Assembly (NCBI GenBank): GCA_002269645.1
Contig: NIVC01003249.1
Coordinates: 1-52,230 of the forward strand
DNA length: 52,230 nt
Reading direction: 5' to 3'
Source: Macrostomum lignano
Lineage: Eukaryota
Shown here: positions 51,405 through 52,230 of the stretch, one piece after another
Position numbering within the stretch: the stretch's first letter is position 1
Layout of the letters: each line of letters starts with the position of its first letter
The notes under the pieces: generated by a model
The model's database searches: none
The model's input: the letters and a program-made list of their open reading frames with translations, nothing else
What the model was told of the DNA's origin: nothing
Made by a program: the position numbers and the translations under genes

Positions 51405-52230
51405 AGCTCCTATAGGCGATTCTCAAAGTCTATGGGCGATTCTTATAGTCTATGGGCGATTCTTATAGTCTATGGGCGATTCTTATAGTCTATGGGCGAT
51501 TCTTATAGTCTATGGGCGATTCTTGTAGTCTATGGGCGATTCTTATAGTCTATGGGCGATTCTCATAGTCTATGGGCGATTCTCATAGTCTATGGGCGAT
51601 TCTTTTAGTCTATGGGCGATCCTCATAGTCTATGGGCGATTCTTATAGTCTATGGGCGATTCTCATAGTCTATGGGCGATTTTCATAGTCTATGGCGATT
51701 CTTTTAGTCTATGGGCGATCCTCATAGTCTATGGGCGATTCTTATAGTCTATGGGCGATTCTCATAGTCTCTGGGCGATTCTTATAGTCTATGGGCGATC
51801 CTCATAGTTTATGGGCGATTCTTATAGTCTATGGGCGATTCTCATAGTCTCTGGGCGATCCTCATAGTCTATGGGCGATTCTTATAGTCTATGGGCGATT
51901 CTCATAGTCTCTGGGCGATTTTCATAGTCTATGGGCGATTCTTATAGTCTATGGACGATCCTCATAGTCTATGGCGATTCTTATAGTCTATGGGCGATCC
52001 TCATAGTTTATGGGCGATTCTCATAGTCTATGGGTGATTCTTATAGCCTACGGGCAATTCTCATAGTCTATGGGCGATTCTTATAGCCTACGGGCGATTC
52101 TCATAGTCTATGGGCGATTCTCATAGTCTATGGCGATTCTTATAGCCTACGGGCGATTCTCATAGTCTGGGCGATTCTCATAGTCTATGGGCGATTCTTA
52201 TAGCCTACGGCAATTCTCATAGTCTAAAGG
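51405..52230. repeat. 20-bp minisatellite running off the window end
   Basis: ATAGTCTATGGGCGATTCT(T/C), about 40 copies. Confidence 0.96.

Overview
Eukaryotic (animal) genomic DNA. GC-rich exons and introns packed with minisatellites resemble a flatworm such as Macrostomum; this is my inference from sequence style, not proof. Genes supported by hand-spliced, phase-consistent models: (1) a 5'-truncated MAM/LDLa tandem receptor (MALRD1-like, +) with a transmembrane helix and NPxY tail; (2) an ~980-1000 aa ankyrin-repeat plus RS-domain protein (-); (3) a 6-exon hnRNP L-like 4-RRM gene (+); (4) ECH1 dienoyl-CoA isomerase (+), whose mitochondrial presequence has no genomic ATG and which ends in PTS1 (AKL); (5) a tRNA-Ser(GCT) (-); (6) the 3' half of PTEN (-) with an apparent 1-nt frameshift. 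There is also a weak 3-exon orphan gene candidate, two MITEs with 8-bp target-site duplications, an LTR-like segment flanked by both PPT-like and PBS-like motifs, a sharply bounded CpG-depleted block, and about 20 unrelated tandem arrays covering roughly a third of the window. Most long ORFs in the supplied track are artefacts of these arrays. No CRISPR array. The most interesting lead is that ECH1's mitochondrial isoform may take its start codon from a trans-spliced leader ending in AUG. All coordinates were read by eye, and array boundaries are approximate.
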